Source: Eledone cirrhosa (lineage: Eukaryota). Taken from it: 64,000 nt of DNA. The notes under the pieces are model-generated. The model did no database searches. It worked only from the letters and a program-made list of their open reading frames with translations, and was not told where the DNA came from. This document shows, one piece after another, positions 1 through 13,734 of this stretch. The first letter of the stretch is position 1. Each line of letters begins with the position of its first letter. The translations under genes were made by a program, and so were the position numbers. The DNA is taken from positions 307,396,001-307,460,000 of the forward strand of contig OZ024741.1 of NCBI GenBank assembly GCA_964016885.1, read 5' to 3'.

Positions 1-670
1 GTAAAATAAAAAATATATAATATTTATACATAGTATATATTATATTATTTATTATATGTAAATGAACGATTTTATTTATTATACATTGTTCACAATTTGC
101 ATGTAGGCAGGACTCTCTGGAAATAGGGGTGTGGGTATTGTTGTAACTGAGCCCTATTTAAATCCATGCATTTTTAAAGGTGAATGGTGAAGTATTTACA
201 AATAGACCTAAGGATGGCTCTGATCTCCTCCATGATATTTTCCTTACGTTCAGTGCTGGTCCTCGGTTGTTGAGATATACCCTATTCTATACATAGCTCC
301 AAAGAAAGAAATGTGGGGCGCTTAAATCAGGTCTATCTGGGGCTCAGTCAGATCAGTCTTTAAACTGATCTCACGATTTCTAAAGTTATTTTTCAGCCTT
401 TATTCTGTAGGGGTACAATAATATTGACTTTGTTGCTCATAATCACTTAATAAAAACTTATTGCGAAAAGAAAAGTAATTCAGTGCGCATGCATAGAAGA
501 TGATATTTAGACAACATATTTAATATTCAGCATAAACATAAAATAAGGGATATTAAGCGTAATTAATTTATATTTATATTAGAACGGTAAATCACAATTC
601 TTAGAGCTGAAACAGATCTGTTTCTAGCCGAGATAAACAATGCTAATTGCCATTATTAGATAAATAAATA

Positions 671-901
671 TACCCATCTGCCAACTATCTGGCAGATGGG
701 TATACGATGCTGATGATAGCTAACAAGCTTGAAACTAGTACATCGTTCCTGTGTCAGTGTTGAACAAAAAGGTGACGTGGTTGCCTTAACACCGTACGGC
801 ATAAAAATTCAGGCTGTTCAGTTTGTTTACAAACGAACAAGGCGGCGTTATAGTAAGCGTCCGCTAAACTGATACGTGCATATATGTATGTGTACCTGTA
901 T

Positions 902-955
<54 letters not shown>

Positions 956-1386
956 TGCTACTGTACGTCTGTATACATATATGTATGTACGTATACACAC
1001 ATACTTACATTTAAGTAAGTGCCGTACTAAGAGTGAGAAATGAAATTTCGTTTTCATTTTATTTCAACTTATCGTTTTCGGTATGCCTGACCGACTTAGC
1101 TCACTCGATATGCAAATTAGGCTGCTCAGCCGTTAATTTTCATAAGGAAAGTATATACTTTCGAACGTTCAACTATCTGGCAGATAGGTATACGGTGCTG
1201 ATGATAGCTAACAAGCTTGGAACTAGTACATCGTTCCTGTGTCAGTGTTGAACAAAAAGGTGACGTGGTTGCCTTAACACCGTACGGCATAAAAATTCAG
1301 CCTGTTCAGTTTGTTTACAAACGAACAAAGCGGCGTTATAATAAGCGTCCGCTAAACTGATACGTGCATATATGTATGTGTACCTG

Positions 1387-1446
<60 letters not shown>

Positions 1447-1496
1447 TGCTACTGTACGTCTGTATACATATATGTATGTACGTATACACACATACT

Positions 1497-1500
<4 letters not shown>
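671..1500 (+). mobile_element. Hammerhead-bearing tandem element, family E (~488-bp unit, ~1.7 copies; retrozyme/Penelope pLTR-like)
   Basis: 684-1010 is repeated at 1170-1500. The same unit occurs at 19419-20280 and 54603-55235. There is a short fold-back at the left end (671-703). Confidence 0.8.
704..746 (+). ncRNA. Type I hammerhead ribozyme (family E)
   Basis: ACGATG-CTGATGA-t agct aaca agct t-GAAAC-TA-GTA-CATCGT. Perfect stem I, palindromic stem III (ACTAGT), GUA cleavage triplet. Confidence 0.85.
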
Positions 1501-1586
<86 letters not shown>

Positions 1587-1669
1587 CATACATATATATG
1601 TCAACCGAGCCCGAGCACACGAGTAGAAGGACGTGTTTTTTTGCTTGCGGCATATCGCAAAATCGGATT

Positions 1670-1760
1670 TTCATCTGAAGATACCGTTCTCATAACAACA
1701 ATAAATACATAAATTACATCATGGATTGCAGAAGAGAACCGTTGAAATAATTATTATGAA
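1670..1760 (+). ncRNA. Type I hammerhead with extended stem II
   Basis: TTCAT-CTGAAGA-taccgttctc..(~42 nt)..gagaaccgtt-GAAA-TAATTA-TT-ATGAA. Stem I TTCAT/ATGAA; palindromic stem III. Confidence 0.65.
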
Positions 1761-1829
1761 TAAACGATTTATGTAACATCAGCATTTTTCTTAATGGTAT
1801 TCTTATATATATATATTCTTCTTCTTTCT

Positions 1830-2350
1830 CCACTTATAGAGTTGTTGGGGTAGAGCCATCAACAATTTCACAGGGCTCTATCGAAATTAGTCATAACCAT
1901 TTTATATGATATTTTATATTATTCTCGTTTTATTAGAAGTTAAAAAGGCGTCTTGTTTCGTCCAAGAATATTTTCAGTAGTATATTTACGTAGCTTTACT
2001 TTGTTCTCGTTAAAAGGCAACCTCACGCTTTACTTGAATATTATCTTGAATATTTACTTGAATATTATTCATTTCTAGAATGTCTCCAGGCAGTAGAATA
2101 AATTATTTTGTGGGAAAAACTAACACCACGATCTGACCTTTGAAGTACATTTATTTGTATGCATTCAGTCCGGGTCTCCGGTTTGAGGATATCTGCCTTC
2201 CTCTCCAACATCACTTTTGGGTACCATGAATACGGTCATGACTACTGCCATTCTTTTTCGATTAAAATAGTCAAGAAAAATACACGAGATGTAGTTTATC
2301 TTTCTTTTCACCCCCTTGCAATCTCTAAGCTCAGGAAAAGGTTATAGCTA
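1830..2350 (+). pseudogene. Possible very decayed GIY-YIG endonuclease (Penelope-like) remnant
   Basis: Manual translation gives ..PGSRINYFVGKTNTTI.. and KIVKKNTRDVVYL..LAISKLR, loosely like PLE GIY-YIG domains. Lies next to hammerhead elements. Confidence 0.25.
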
Positions 2351-4234
2351 CTGTTCGGCTCTCCTTAAACTAATCCACGAGAAAAAATAACAGAAAGAGA
2401 CGTGAATTTGCTTCGCCTTTTGAAACTGATACATCACTCTGTTTGAAACAGCTTATAATTTACGGAAGAAACATATGGAATATTACGCCAATAATTTCTT
2501 CTTTTACCACAAGGGATTTCGGTCATTCATGCATTCATTTAGTCATTCATACATATAGTCATCAGACAGAAGGAGAGGTCAATTTCTTTACCCCTCTCCC
2601 AGCCAGAGAAAACAAAAACGCGTGGCGGCGATACACCGCCCCGTTATGAATGAACTTACCCCCAAACTCCAAAACCCTGTGACATGTGTCTCAATAGAAT
2701 AATTGTTATAATAAGACTGCATTTTTATTTGCTTTCGCTTTTATGTTTCTATTTCTTCACACATCTTTTCTTTCAAGGTTTTCCTTGCCTTTTATCATTT
2801 CTAATATTTTTCTTTTATCGATTTTTTTAATCTCAACTTTAAAACAAAACTCCAGTTCCATGATTTTCCTTTTTCAATCTGTCCATCTCTCATATATTCC
2901 ATTCGATTAAGCTTTACAAACATTAAAATGAAAATGTCAAATACAAAAATGTATAAACACAGCAATTAAAATGAACGTACAAACATGTTTATTACTTTCA
3001 CACTCATATTGTCATCCTTAGTCACGGTTAAACATTCTTTTTAATATAAATCTTCTTGTATCTTTTTTTTTTGTTCAATCATCATCATAAACACATCTCC
3101 TTTGACATAGCTGTCGCTGACGTCGTCATCGCCATAGTCAATGTTAGCATCGTTGATTTTAAGATAGGGATCAGAATACGTAGTAGGAACAGCTCTAACA
3201 ATAACACTGCCAAAAAGCCCCCAACAGCAATATCTGGAAGAGTAAAATCATCAACATCATATAAATTAAAGTAGTATTAAATCAATGTTCATCATAGTCA
3301 GTCATCCATGTGTTTCAACTTACTGATGTTCACAAGAACAACAACAAGCATGACAACAGCACTATTAATAACAGTTATTTTCATGATTGGCAGGAACTAA
3401 GGAATAATAGGAGGAGTGGTGCAGTCGATTAAATCGACCCCACTACTTGAATGGCAGTGTATTTTGTCAACCTCCGGTAGGTTAAAAGGTAAATTCGACA
3501 TCCGTGGGATTTGAACGCAGAACGTTGAGACGCAATTAATTGCCGTCATTTTATTTTTGAACTTCTCTTTACTTACACTGCCATCCACCATGTAAATTTA
3601 TGATATTAATGTTTTCGTAACATATGTACAAATCGACATTTTGAGGGAAGGTACAGGCTATGAGATATACATCAAGATGAAGAATGGAAATCAGTAGAAG
3701 TCAGACATACGGCGATCATCTTAAATTGTTACTCATCACAACTAACGAGGACACGCATGAGGGAATTTTTCCCCTTTAAGCACACCCTCATGTTTGATCT
3801 ACCCGCATGGAGGATATTTCAAATCGAATTTCAGTGTTTATCTTTCCCACACAGATATCACCGTATTTTTTTTTATAGATATATTTATTTATTTCGTTTA
3901 GTTGTTTAGTACATTTTTTAAAATAAAATTTTCTCAGTTTATTTCAAATGGCCGATTCGCTTTCATGATTTCTAGCTTTGTTGATGTTTGTGATCTTCTG
4001 GCTTTTTTTTTTCTCTTTGGTTTCAGTTTTCTTTTTATCCTGCATGGTCTGAGCACAGTCTGGCATGCTAAAATAAAACTACTCCTATACCTCCCTTTCA
4101 CCCCCCTCTCTTTCTTTCGTTCTCTTTCTCTCTCTCCCTCATGCTCTCTTTCTCTCTCTATATATATATATGCATATATATATATATATGCATAAATGCA
4201 CACACACACATATATATATATGTATGTATATTAC

Positions 4235-4427
4235 TTAATATAGAAATGGCTTCTACAGGACTAGAACTGTTTCATTCGAAGGAAATCATCAGGAAAGCCC
4301 TTTCTGACGATTTCCTTCGAATGAAACAGTTCTATTCCTGTGGAAGCCATTTCTATATTAAATATTATATACTCTACTATGTATTGAGTACCTTACTTAC
4401 TGTGGTTACTCCCGGTTGAACCCGGGA
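4235..4427 (+). mobile_element. Family A palindromic hammerhead element
   Basis: Inverted repeat 4235-4361. Minus-strand hammerhead 4249-4298: GCTTTC-CTGATGA-tttccttcgaat-GAAACAG..CTGTA-GAAGC. Other copies at 9866-10058, 25310-25504, 60478-60652. Confidence 0.8.
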
Positions 4428-4445
4428 TACACACACGCACATATA

Positions 4446-4509
<64 letters not shown>

Positions 4510-5524
4510 ATATTGTTGTGTGATTAAGTAGTAAGTTTCGTAGACACTTAATTTCAAGTTCGATCCCACTTTGTAGCTAGAACGTCTCTTTGTGGCATTT
4601 CGCCATTCGATAACTCGAGATCGACAAATATAAGTACCAGACTGATATCAGTATGTAATCGAACCTGAGCATTCCAGAGACAATTACTCGGATTTCGACG
4701 ATGAATGTACCAGTTGTTCGACCAATAAAACAGCAAGCTCATGAAATTAACGTCTAAGAGCCTGAGTATTCTACAGATACGTGTATCCTTAACACAATTC
4801 TTAGGTAGATTCAATGAGACAATGTGTGACAAACCTGGACATTTGAATTAAAGACAGTTCATCTGACCAGCTTACAGTTTCCGTCGATCTAATTAAACTC
4901 AAAAGACATGGGTCTATCTGAAGCTATGGTAAATGAAAATATGCTCAAGATGTGAAACAGACCTTTTAACTATTCGGCTATGCTGCCTCCATCTAAGAGA
5001 TGTGTATGACTAAATTAGCTAATGTGTCTTATATAAAACAGTAAGGTGTGATGGGAGAGATATCTGGATGTTATTTCCTGCAGTCCAAGCGACCACACAA
5101 TCTCCCTCTGTTGGTTTATCCTGTTGTTGTTGCGACTGGGTATGTTACAGGTGTTACTAGTGTTTTTAGGGCAGCTGCAATTGATGATAATGTTTTTATT
5201 GTTGTTGCTGATATTGGTATCTTTGTTGTCGTCGGAGCTGCTGTTAGGCTTTTTATTGTTGTTAGTGTTGTTATTATTGACTGCTGCTGTTGTTAATGTT
5301 ACTAATCGTCTTGTGATTGTTTTTGTTTAACCGCAGGCTATAGTGATGACAGTGCACAACTATCAAGTCTCAAGATATTTGAGACGTGACCATGCAGCCT
5401 TTTGAAAATATTTAGCGCTACATTATTTTACTGTATTCGCCCCTAATTTAAGACAACGTAGAAAGTTTGCGATTTAAGGAAACACATAACTGCTATTTCT
5501 AGCAGATAAGTCGACTGCATGGTG

Positions 5525-5810
5525 CAGCGATTACCGAAGTGGGTGTTCCCTAGCCCTGAGCGCACTGGAAGGTAAAATATTAGTAGTTGGGTCATTGGCG
5601 GGCAAGGGGGGGAGGGTGAAGCAGGAAAGGGGTAAAGGATACAAATTAATAGATGCTCGTAAAACCGCCACCTTTAGTAATTCAATAGATACAGAAATAA
5701 AATATAAAAATTATTAAAATTTAAATTTTGATCAACTTTGCAGCGGGTATTCTCGATGAAAGATATCTTCTAGAAAGGGGCGGTAGTCCAAAAGTGTTTG
5801 GGAACCTCTG
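5525..5810. mobile_element. Decayed hAT (Charlie-like) MITE
   Basis: Ends CAGCGATTACCGAA.. and ..TTTGGGAACCTCTG. Flanking 8-mers GCATGGTG/GCGTAGAG match only partly. Confidence 0.45.
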
Positions 5811-6339
5811 GCGTAGAGGTTTCCAAAAAGATGAGAGACAATTGAATAGAGGAGGAGAGATGTGAATTTAAGCGTCGAACCCGGGACATCCGGCATGCAG
5901 AGTGAGGGTGCTTTAACAATTGAGTTAGTTGTTCTTGTAAACGATGGGCGGGAAAGTAGGCATATAATGTACTTTGTTTATATGACGTAATATGATGTGG
6001 CTGTCCTATTGTCTTTGTGTCGTCCTTCACGTGGTTTTTCACTCCACTCCGTCCCACGGTCTGTGTCAGAGAGACAGAAAATGTCAACCCATGCGTATCT
6101 GCGGGTATTCGACGGAATAAACTTAAATTTCAAAAACACAAAACAAACATAAATGAATGAATAAATAATTAACTATATTAGACAATATAAATAAATATGA
6201 ATATTAATGAATAAATACGCACGCACACACTAGCAAACACACATATGTATATATACATTAATAAAATAATAAAACATAATACTGGATTTCGTTTTTGCCA
6301 CTTTCGTTGCAAATGTATGTATGTATGTATATATGTATG

Positions 6340-6371
<32 letters not shown>

Positions 6372-6558
6372 TGTATGTATGTATGTATGTATGTATGTGT
6401 ATATATGTATGCATGTATGTAAGTATGTGTATGTATGTATGCATGTATGTATGTTTGTATATAGTAACTAAACAAATTTTAAAGCACTTTATTTTAAATG
6501 TTTCTTAAATGTTAATACATACATATACACACACGCACACACACACATATATATATAT

Positions 6559-6598
<40 letters not shown>

Positions 6599-6980
6599 GT
6601 GTGTGTGTGAGTTGAAAAAGGTTGGACAATGAAAAGATGATGTTTATTGCTTAATTAATCCATTGATTTGCGATCGTTTTAAATAGCAAAATGAACCAGG
6701 ATATTATCGGTATATTGACTAATCGATAGCATTTATGCAACTCCAGAGTACAAGTCTCGAAATCGTTTCGAGACAAGAAATAGGTAGTAACTTAACCACT
6801 ACCATGTTGATACATCTATCTCCACCTATCAATCGATCCTCTGAAACGATTGAAAAACAACGAACTAACTTGCCAGGTGGTGCTATTAAGTTAGACATGG
6901 CCTGGGCGAATACTTGCCGAAGCCTATCAAAATTAACTATCTACCTACGCCTGACTTTTTTTTATTGTTGTATACACAAA

Positions 6981-7023
<43 letters not shown>

Positions 7024-7024
7024 T

Positions 7025-7792
7025 ATAATTGGAAATCAGTAAAATCGAATCTCTGGCGGTTTGCAAGTGAATTCGGCCTACTTATATGAAATGATGAGTT
7101 AGCAAAGCACTCGATAAGATAGGTCCTTAGAGTAATAACATACGTTTAAAAAGCTTGACAAATCGAACATTGTGGTAGGCTAAACTAACACACAATATGT
7201 ATACCAGAGAAACGATAGCACTAATCAGGTTGAGAAAAAGTACACCTGGACAAATTAGACGAATAGACGTTTAAGACAAATTAGACGAATAGACGTTTAA
7301 AGTGTTTCTCTGAATCCAAAATGAAATATCCGACTTACTTGAAAGGCAAGCTCCTGGCAATTGATGACCGAACGTTGGATTCAATTTTTCAACAGGTTTA
7401 TCGTTCTTCCTGGGATGGAAGTGATAAATTATATGTTGCTGCAATAAGCTGCTAATCGAATCTATAATTATCACGTGCTAATTCCGGCAAGGGAAATAAC
7501 CCCGGTCCCAAGCGGTTATTCAAAAAGTTAGCGAAAAAAGAAATATTTAAAATTCCCGCTAAACATCATGATAAGCTCTCGACTAGATGTTATAAAACAA
7601 ACACTAATAATTAACCAATCAATGAAATTGTCTAATTAAATTAATTAGTTAACTATTAAATCTAGGAGAATAATATAATTGGAAATCAGTAAAATCGAAT
7701 CTCTGGCGGCTTGCAAGTGAATTCGGCCTACTTATATGAAATGATGAGTTAGCAAAGCACTCGATAAGATAGGTCCTTAGAGTAATAACATA
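7025..7792. mobile_element. ~765-bp element with ~115-bp terminal direct repeats, between microsatellites
   Basis: TATAATTGGAAATCAG...GAGTAATAACATA occurs at 7025-7142 and again at 7674-7792, with one mismatch seen. Confidence 0.65.
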
Positions 7793-8857
7793 TATATAAA
7801 TGACTCTGTCACCTGGACTGATTTTCTTCTGGTTAAGATTTTAAGCGGTGATAACCTACCACAAAAACTACTGGTCACACTGCCGAATCTCCCTGCATCC
7901 ATCCTTCCAAGGATACATTGAGTTCTAACAACGTTATCAACCCCACCACAACCAAGTGGATTACGATATATACATACATACATACCGATTGAACCCGGGA
8001 CTTATATATATATAGGCATATATATATATATATATAAGGTAATTTTCCGAAAGTTAAAATTCTACTGCTCTCACCCATCAATCCTGTTTCAATCAACAAA
8101 AGCATGGGGTGTGGAAAATTTCAGCTCAATCGGTCAACTGTTAGGCGACCCTCAAACTCCTTGAAGTTGGAACATAGTATACGCAACGATTAATTCTGTT
8201 CAAAAGCGGTTTACTATTTTCTTTTCTTTTTCGAGAAATTTATGGCAAACCCAGCAAATGTTTAAAAACGTTCTGAATCAAATTTACCAACAGTTAATTT
8301 GAAAAATTCCTGAAATAGCATGAAAAACTTAAGAAATATTAGGTTTTCTTAATAAACCACTTAACTTCTATCAGAGAAACGCATTTTTATTTACATCAAT
8401 AATTTCTATAGAATCAAAAATATGTGACCACTGAACACTGCATATTGAACATTATTTTTGCATATGAGAGGTTGACTTTGCCTTTCATCCTTACAGGGTC
8501 GATAAAATAAAGTACCAGTAATGCACTAGATAATTCCTGGCCTTGTGCCAAAAGTAGAAACAATTATTTTTGCATATGAGAAAATTTAGTGGAAGTTGGG
8601 TGTGTTTTACGGTTTTCGGTAACGATCTGTAAAACAAATTATTTCTCAGTTTCATCTTTTGTGAGAATATTATTGTAATCCTGAATGAACAACTGTCTCT
8701 TAAGTTTTTCAAGTCCACTTTTGTAACCAGGATCACCTTCCAATCGGTGCTGATAGAAAATCCCGTGTAGAAAGTTTTTGTACAAAAGATTTTTTTACTT
8801 CTTCTTCGCCTTTGTCTGCTTCCAGCATAACTTGAGCAATATTTGCCTTAACCGCAT

Positions 8858-9842
8858 TTTGCTCTCCTTTTCTCCTTTCCTCGTTGCTCTCGTTGCTCTC
8901 CTTTTCTCATTGCTCTCATTGCTCTCCTTGTTCTCCTTGCTCTCTTGCTCCCCTTTTCTCCTTCCTCCCCTTGCTCTCCTTGCTCTACTTTTCTCATTGC
9001 TCTCCTTACTCTCCCTTTCTCCTTGCTCTCCTTGCTCTCCTTGCTCTTCTTACTCTTCTTTTCTCCTCCCTCTCTTTGCTCTCCTTACTCTACTTTTATC
9101 CTTCCTCTCCTTCCTCTCCTTTTATCCTTGCTCTATCTGCTCTCCTTTTATCCTTGCTCTCCTTGCTCTCCCTTTCTCATCGCTCTCTTTGCATTCCTTA
9201 CTCTCCTTTTCTCCTTCCTCTCCTTGCTCTCCCTTTATCTTTGCTCCCCCTGCTCCCCTTTTCTCCTTGCTCTCCTTGCTCTCATTGTTCTCCTTTTCTC
9301 ATTGCACTCCTTACTCTCTTTGCTCTCCTTGCTCTCCTTACTCTTCTTTTCTACCCCCTCTCCTTGCTCTCCTTTTATGCTTGCTCTCTTTTTCTCATCG
9401 CATGCTTGCCCTCCTTACTCTCCTTTTCTCCTTCCTCTCCTTGCTCTCCTTTTATCCATGCTCTCCCTGCTCTCCTTTTATCCTTGCTTCCTTGCTCTCC
9501 TTTTCTCATCGCTTTCCTTGCATTCCTTACTCTCCTTTTCTCCTTCCTCTCCTTGCTCTCCTTTTATCTTTGCTTCCCCTGCTCCCCTTTTCTCCTTGCT
9601 CTCCTTGCTCTCCCTTTCTCCTTGCTCTCATTGTTCCCCTTTTCTCTTTGCTCTCCTTGCTCTCCTTACTCTTCTTTTCTCCCCCCTCTCCTTGCTCTCC
9701 TTTAATCCTTGCTCTTCTTGCTCTCCTTTTGTCATTCCTCTCCTTGCTCTCCTTTTGTCATTTCTCTCCTTGCTCTAATTTTCTCATTGCTATCATTGCT
9801 CTCCTTTTATGCTTGCTCTCCTTGCTATCCTTGTTCTCCCTT
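8858..9842. repeat. Pyrimidine-rich degenerate tandem repeat (CTCTCCTTG-like units)
   Basis: ~1 kb of C/T-dominated 9-mer-based repeats; source of the spurious Leu/Ser/Pro ORFs. Confidence 0.9.
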
Positions 9843-9865
9843 TGTTGAAAAATATATATATATAG

Positions 9866-10058
9866 TTTAATATGGAAATGGCTTTTATAGAACTATAATT
9901 GTTTCATTCAAGTGAAATCATCAGGAATTTCCTGATAATTTCTTTTGAAACAGTTCTAGTCGTGTAGAAGCCATTTCTATATTTAACTTGATGTTTACAC
10001 TTTACTAATGTATTGAGTACTTTACTAACTGTGTTTACCCCTGATTGAACACTTGACT
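9866..10058 (+). mobile_element. Family A palindromic hammerhead element, decayed
   Basis: Same layout as 4235-4427 (TCATCAGGAA-TTTCCTGATAA centre; TATTGAGTAC tail), between (TA)n and (CA)n. Confidence 0.7.
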
Positions 10059-10082
10059 CACACACACACATACACACACACA

Positions 10083-10139
<57 letters not shown>

Positions 10140-10589
10140 TTATATAAATATAACGTCACCTCTACGTTTTTGTAACTTGACTTACCCCCCCCCCCCCCCA
10201 TCAATATTCTGATACTGTTTCACCGGTGAAGCTGTTGCTACTACAGATGATAGTGATGATGATAATGATGATGATAATGATGATCCTCATCATTATCATT
10301 ATCATGAGGTTGAGGATATGGTGGAGGAGGAAGCTGAAAGTGGAGGGTAGTTAGTGGTGATGTCGGTGGAGGAAGTAGTGAAGTTGATGGTGGTTGTGCT
10401 GGTGGTGACCGTAGTTACAGTGAGAGGCGGCGTTGCGAAGGGTGAGATGATGATTGGAACAAGGTTATATATGGTGTGATACAGGCGGGGAGGATTTTAG
10501 ACCCAGGGATCGCTAGAGATAAAATAAAATGGCCATTCATTCCTTTGTTTCTGTTTCTCAGCTATGCTAGACTATTCACAAGTAGATAC

Positions 10590-11055
10590 ACAAACATTTT
10601 TACTTTGACGCCAAACTCCGCCAGTTGCAGACTGCGCATCAACATAAAATATCTCTCTCCTCAAAGTTCGATCACCAGCAGCAGAGTTTAAGGAGCAAAG
10701 ATCAAGTCCAGTCAATAAGTTAACATTATCAAGCCATCGTTTTAGCTGCCGGCCTCTGCTTCTCTCACCAGCCAACCTTCCTTCCAGGCATAACCTACTC
10801 ACACCACAAGTTGATCTTTTTATCTGACCGTATAGTTTGACTACTCTTGACTTGACAATTGATGTAATTGGTCTAAGTTTGGTAATGTTGAGCAGCTCAC
10901 TGATACAGACACGGTCGCTGAGATGCTTGCCAGTCAGAAGCTCTCATGATGTGGTTCTGGACTGTAGATAGCTTCTGAAGTGACCTTGTCGTCCAATCAA
11001 CACAGTCAAGACCATATAACACAACTGGTAGGATGAAGTATCGAAGATATTAGCC
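10590..11055 (-). pseudogene. RTE-clade LINE 3' remnant
   Basis: Translation EGRLAGERSRGRQLKRWLDNV..TG..AAGDRTLRR matches the typical RTE ORF C-terminus (G.R.RGRQ..RW.D....A.DR..WR). Confidence 0.7.
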
Positions 11056-11109
11056 TTCACACATATATACACACAAACGCCCCCCCCACACACACAAACA
11101 TGTATATAC

Positions 11110-11420
11110 ATTTATAATTGTTGTTGTTGGACCAGCGAAGACGAGTGTTCGAGATAATTCAATTAACGGTACTGGCAGCTGGTGAAATTAACTCGTAAGT
11201 AGCTGAGCATACCACAGACATGCACAGCGTTACCCTAGTTTTCAGGCAGATTCAGCATGACACGGTATGTGACAAGTGTTGGCCTTTTGAATTACAGGTA
11301 CATCTCATGTATGCTAGGTGAGTGGACTGGAGCAGCATGAAATAAACCATCTTGCTCAAGGGCACAACGCACATCTCGGTCAGAGAATCCACCTTACCAT
11401 CATAAGCTGAAAACTGAAAA
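11110..11420 (-). mobile_element. Second, decayed SINE family (CORE-like segment)
   Basis: CTTGCTCAAGGGCACAACGC segment. Related pieces at ~4770-4990, 27580-27720 and 37610-37710. Confidence 0.45.
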
Positions 11421-11425
11421 AAACA

Positions 11426-11543
<118 letters not shown>

Positions 11544-11965
11544 AAACAAAGAAAGTGTGGTAAGAAAGCAGGTGGACCATAACGCACCAGAGTACTCGAT
11601 ACTTAGGATTATAGAGTGGGTAATAGGACTCCTAGAGTTCAAATCGAGCTGTCGCAATGGCTGGAGCTCGCCCGTTGGGGTCCTGACTCTTTTCCTATAT
11701 GTATATATATATAATTGTGATGGAGTAAATTATGTAAACTATATATATATATATGTGTTTGTGTCTATATTGTATCTGTATTATTTTTGACCGCCGATCA
11801 GTCAATGGCAACATTGAGGACCGAGTAAGTTAGATCGCAGATATAATAAAAGACAGCGAGAAGCGAAAACCAACCAAACAGTGAGTGTGTTCTGTTATTA
11901 ATTCTGGCAATATTACGCAAATATGACCCTCCCCAAGTATAACAATATATATATATATATATATC

Positions 11966-12163
11966 TAACGAAGGAATTGTGGTAAGGAACCAGATGGACC
12001 ATAACGCACCAAAGTACTCAATACTTAGGGTAGTAGAGTGGGTAATAGGAACAAGTATGACCCCGACGGCAGAGCTCAAGCCGTTTCGACGGCTATTTCT
12101 GGACTCGTCTAGAAATAGCCGTCGAGACGGCTTGAGCTCTGCCGTCGTGGTCATACTTGTTCC

Positions 12164-12165
<2 letters not shown>
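11966..12165 (-). mobile_element. Family B palindromic hammerhead element (partial core)
   Basis: Inverted repeat centred ~12106 carrying GAAACGGC..GCCGTC-GGGGT, in (TA)n. Relatives at 11553-11700, 53345-53460, 58530-58703, 60905-61213. Confidence 0.75.
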
Positions 12166-12197
<32 letters not shown>

Positions 12198-12411
12198 ATT
12201 ATATATATTATATATATATATATTATATATATATATATATTATATATATATATATATATTATATATATATATAATATATATATATAATATATATATATAT
12301 ATTCATACATACATACACATATGTGTATGTGTAAACATATGTGTGTTTATGTATATATATATACATAAACACACACATATATTTACACATACACATATGT
12401 GTATATATGTA

Positions 12412-12450
<39 letters not shown>

Positions 12451-13273
12451 TGTATATATATTTATATATCTTTCTATATAATTCTCTCTACACATAATAT
12501 ATTTGTTTGCACACATAGGTATATGCGTGCGCGCGTATGGTTGCCGAAAAAAAAGTGTTTTGGTTTATTAATACACATAGACAATATAATACTACAGCGA
12601 CAACAATCACCTAAACAAAACAAACACAAAAACTAGCTACCCACCCATCCATCTACACATCCTCACCCAAACCCACCAAATAATCGATAAAAAAACCAAA
12701 ACCAAAAAAACAACAAACTATCAAACAAATATATATATATATAAATCAATAAAAATATATCAAAAATAAAGGTGGCACGTTATGAGGTAAGAAAACGATT
12801 AGAAGGCGGAGCAGTTTTTATGCTTTTTCTTAAATATTTTCTTTATTGTATTTCCTATTATATTATTTCAAACACCCCTATAACTGTATACCGCAACCAC
12901 CCTCATCCGATCATTATTATTTTTTTTTTCTGAGGATTTTACTCTTTAAAAATATACCGCTGTTCACATTCACATTCATATTTACTGCGGCACAGAAGGT
13001 TCTCTACACAAAATGTTACTGTCACTACACAAACAGACACACACACACGCTTGCACGCACACACGCACGTACGCACATACGCACAAACACACACTCACAC
13101 ACATAAGAACACACCCACGCACATACACTCACACACACACACACACACACACATATCTATATATATATATATACATATATGTATATGTATAATTATATAT
13201 ATATATACATCTTCCTGCTATTTCAAGCGTTAAACTAATATATTTCTTCCATGTCCTGTGCCGTTTTACATAC

Positions 13274-13342
<69 letters not shown>

Positions 13343-13386
13343 TGTATGTGTATGTGTGTGTGTATGAATACATATATGCATACATA

Positions 13387-13426
<40 letters not shown>

Positions 13427-13734
13427 TGTGAGTGTGCGCGTGTAGTGACAGCTAACCACGTATAATACGTATAACTCCGGCCGTTATCTACTCAATGATT
13501 TTACAAGAATCCTATGTTGTATATGTTGTAAATACGAACTTATAACTCAGAGTGTAAACTTCTCGTTAATTAAGAAATAAAACGGTTTCGTCTGGGTATA
13601 ATAAATGCTTTATAGGGAAAGATGCTTTTTCTTCTATTCAATCTTTGTTGTTTCTTTTTTACCTCCTTAGAACAGTTTTCTTCGATAGTTATACATGCGT
13701 AACTACATTCTCCCCTATAGATCGCTCTATGATT

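Noticed and set aside
595-635. GAAACAGATCTGTTTC hammerhead-like half site; similar halves near 52975 and 53695
   Set aside because: No CUGANGA partner or stem I found.
8778-9848. 356-aa Leu/Ser-rich membrane-like ORF
   Set aside because: Open in all three frames because of the pyrimidine repeat; no domain.
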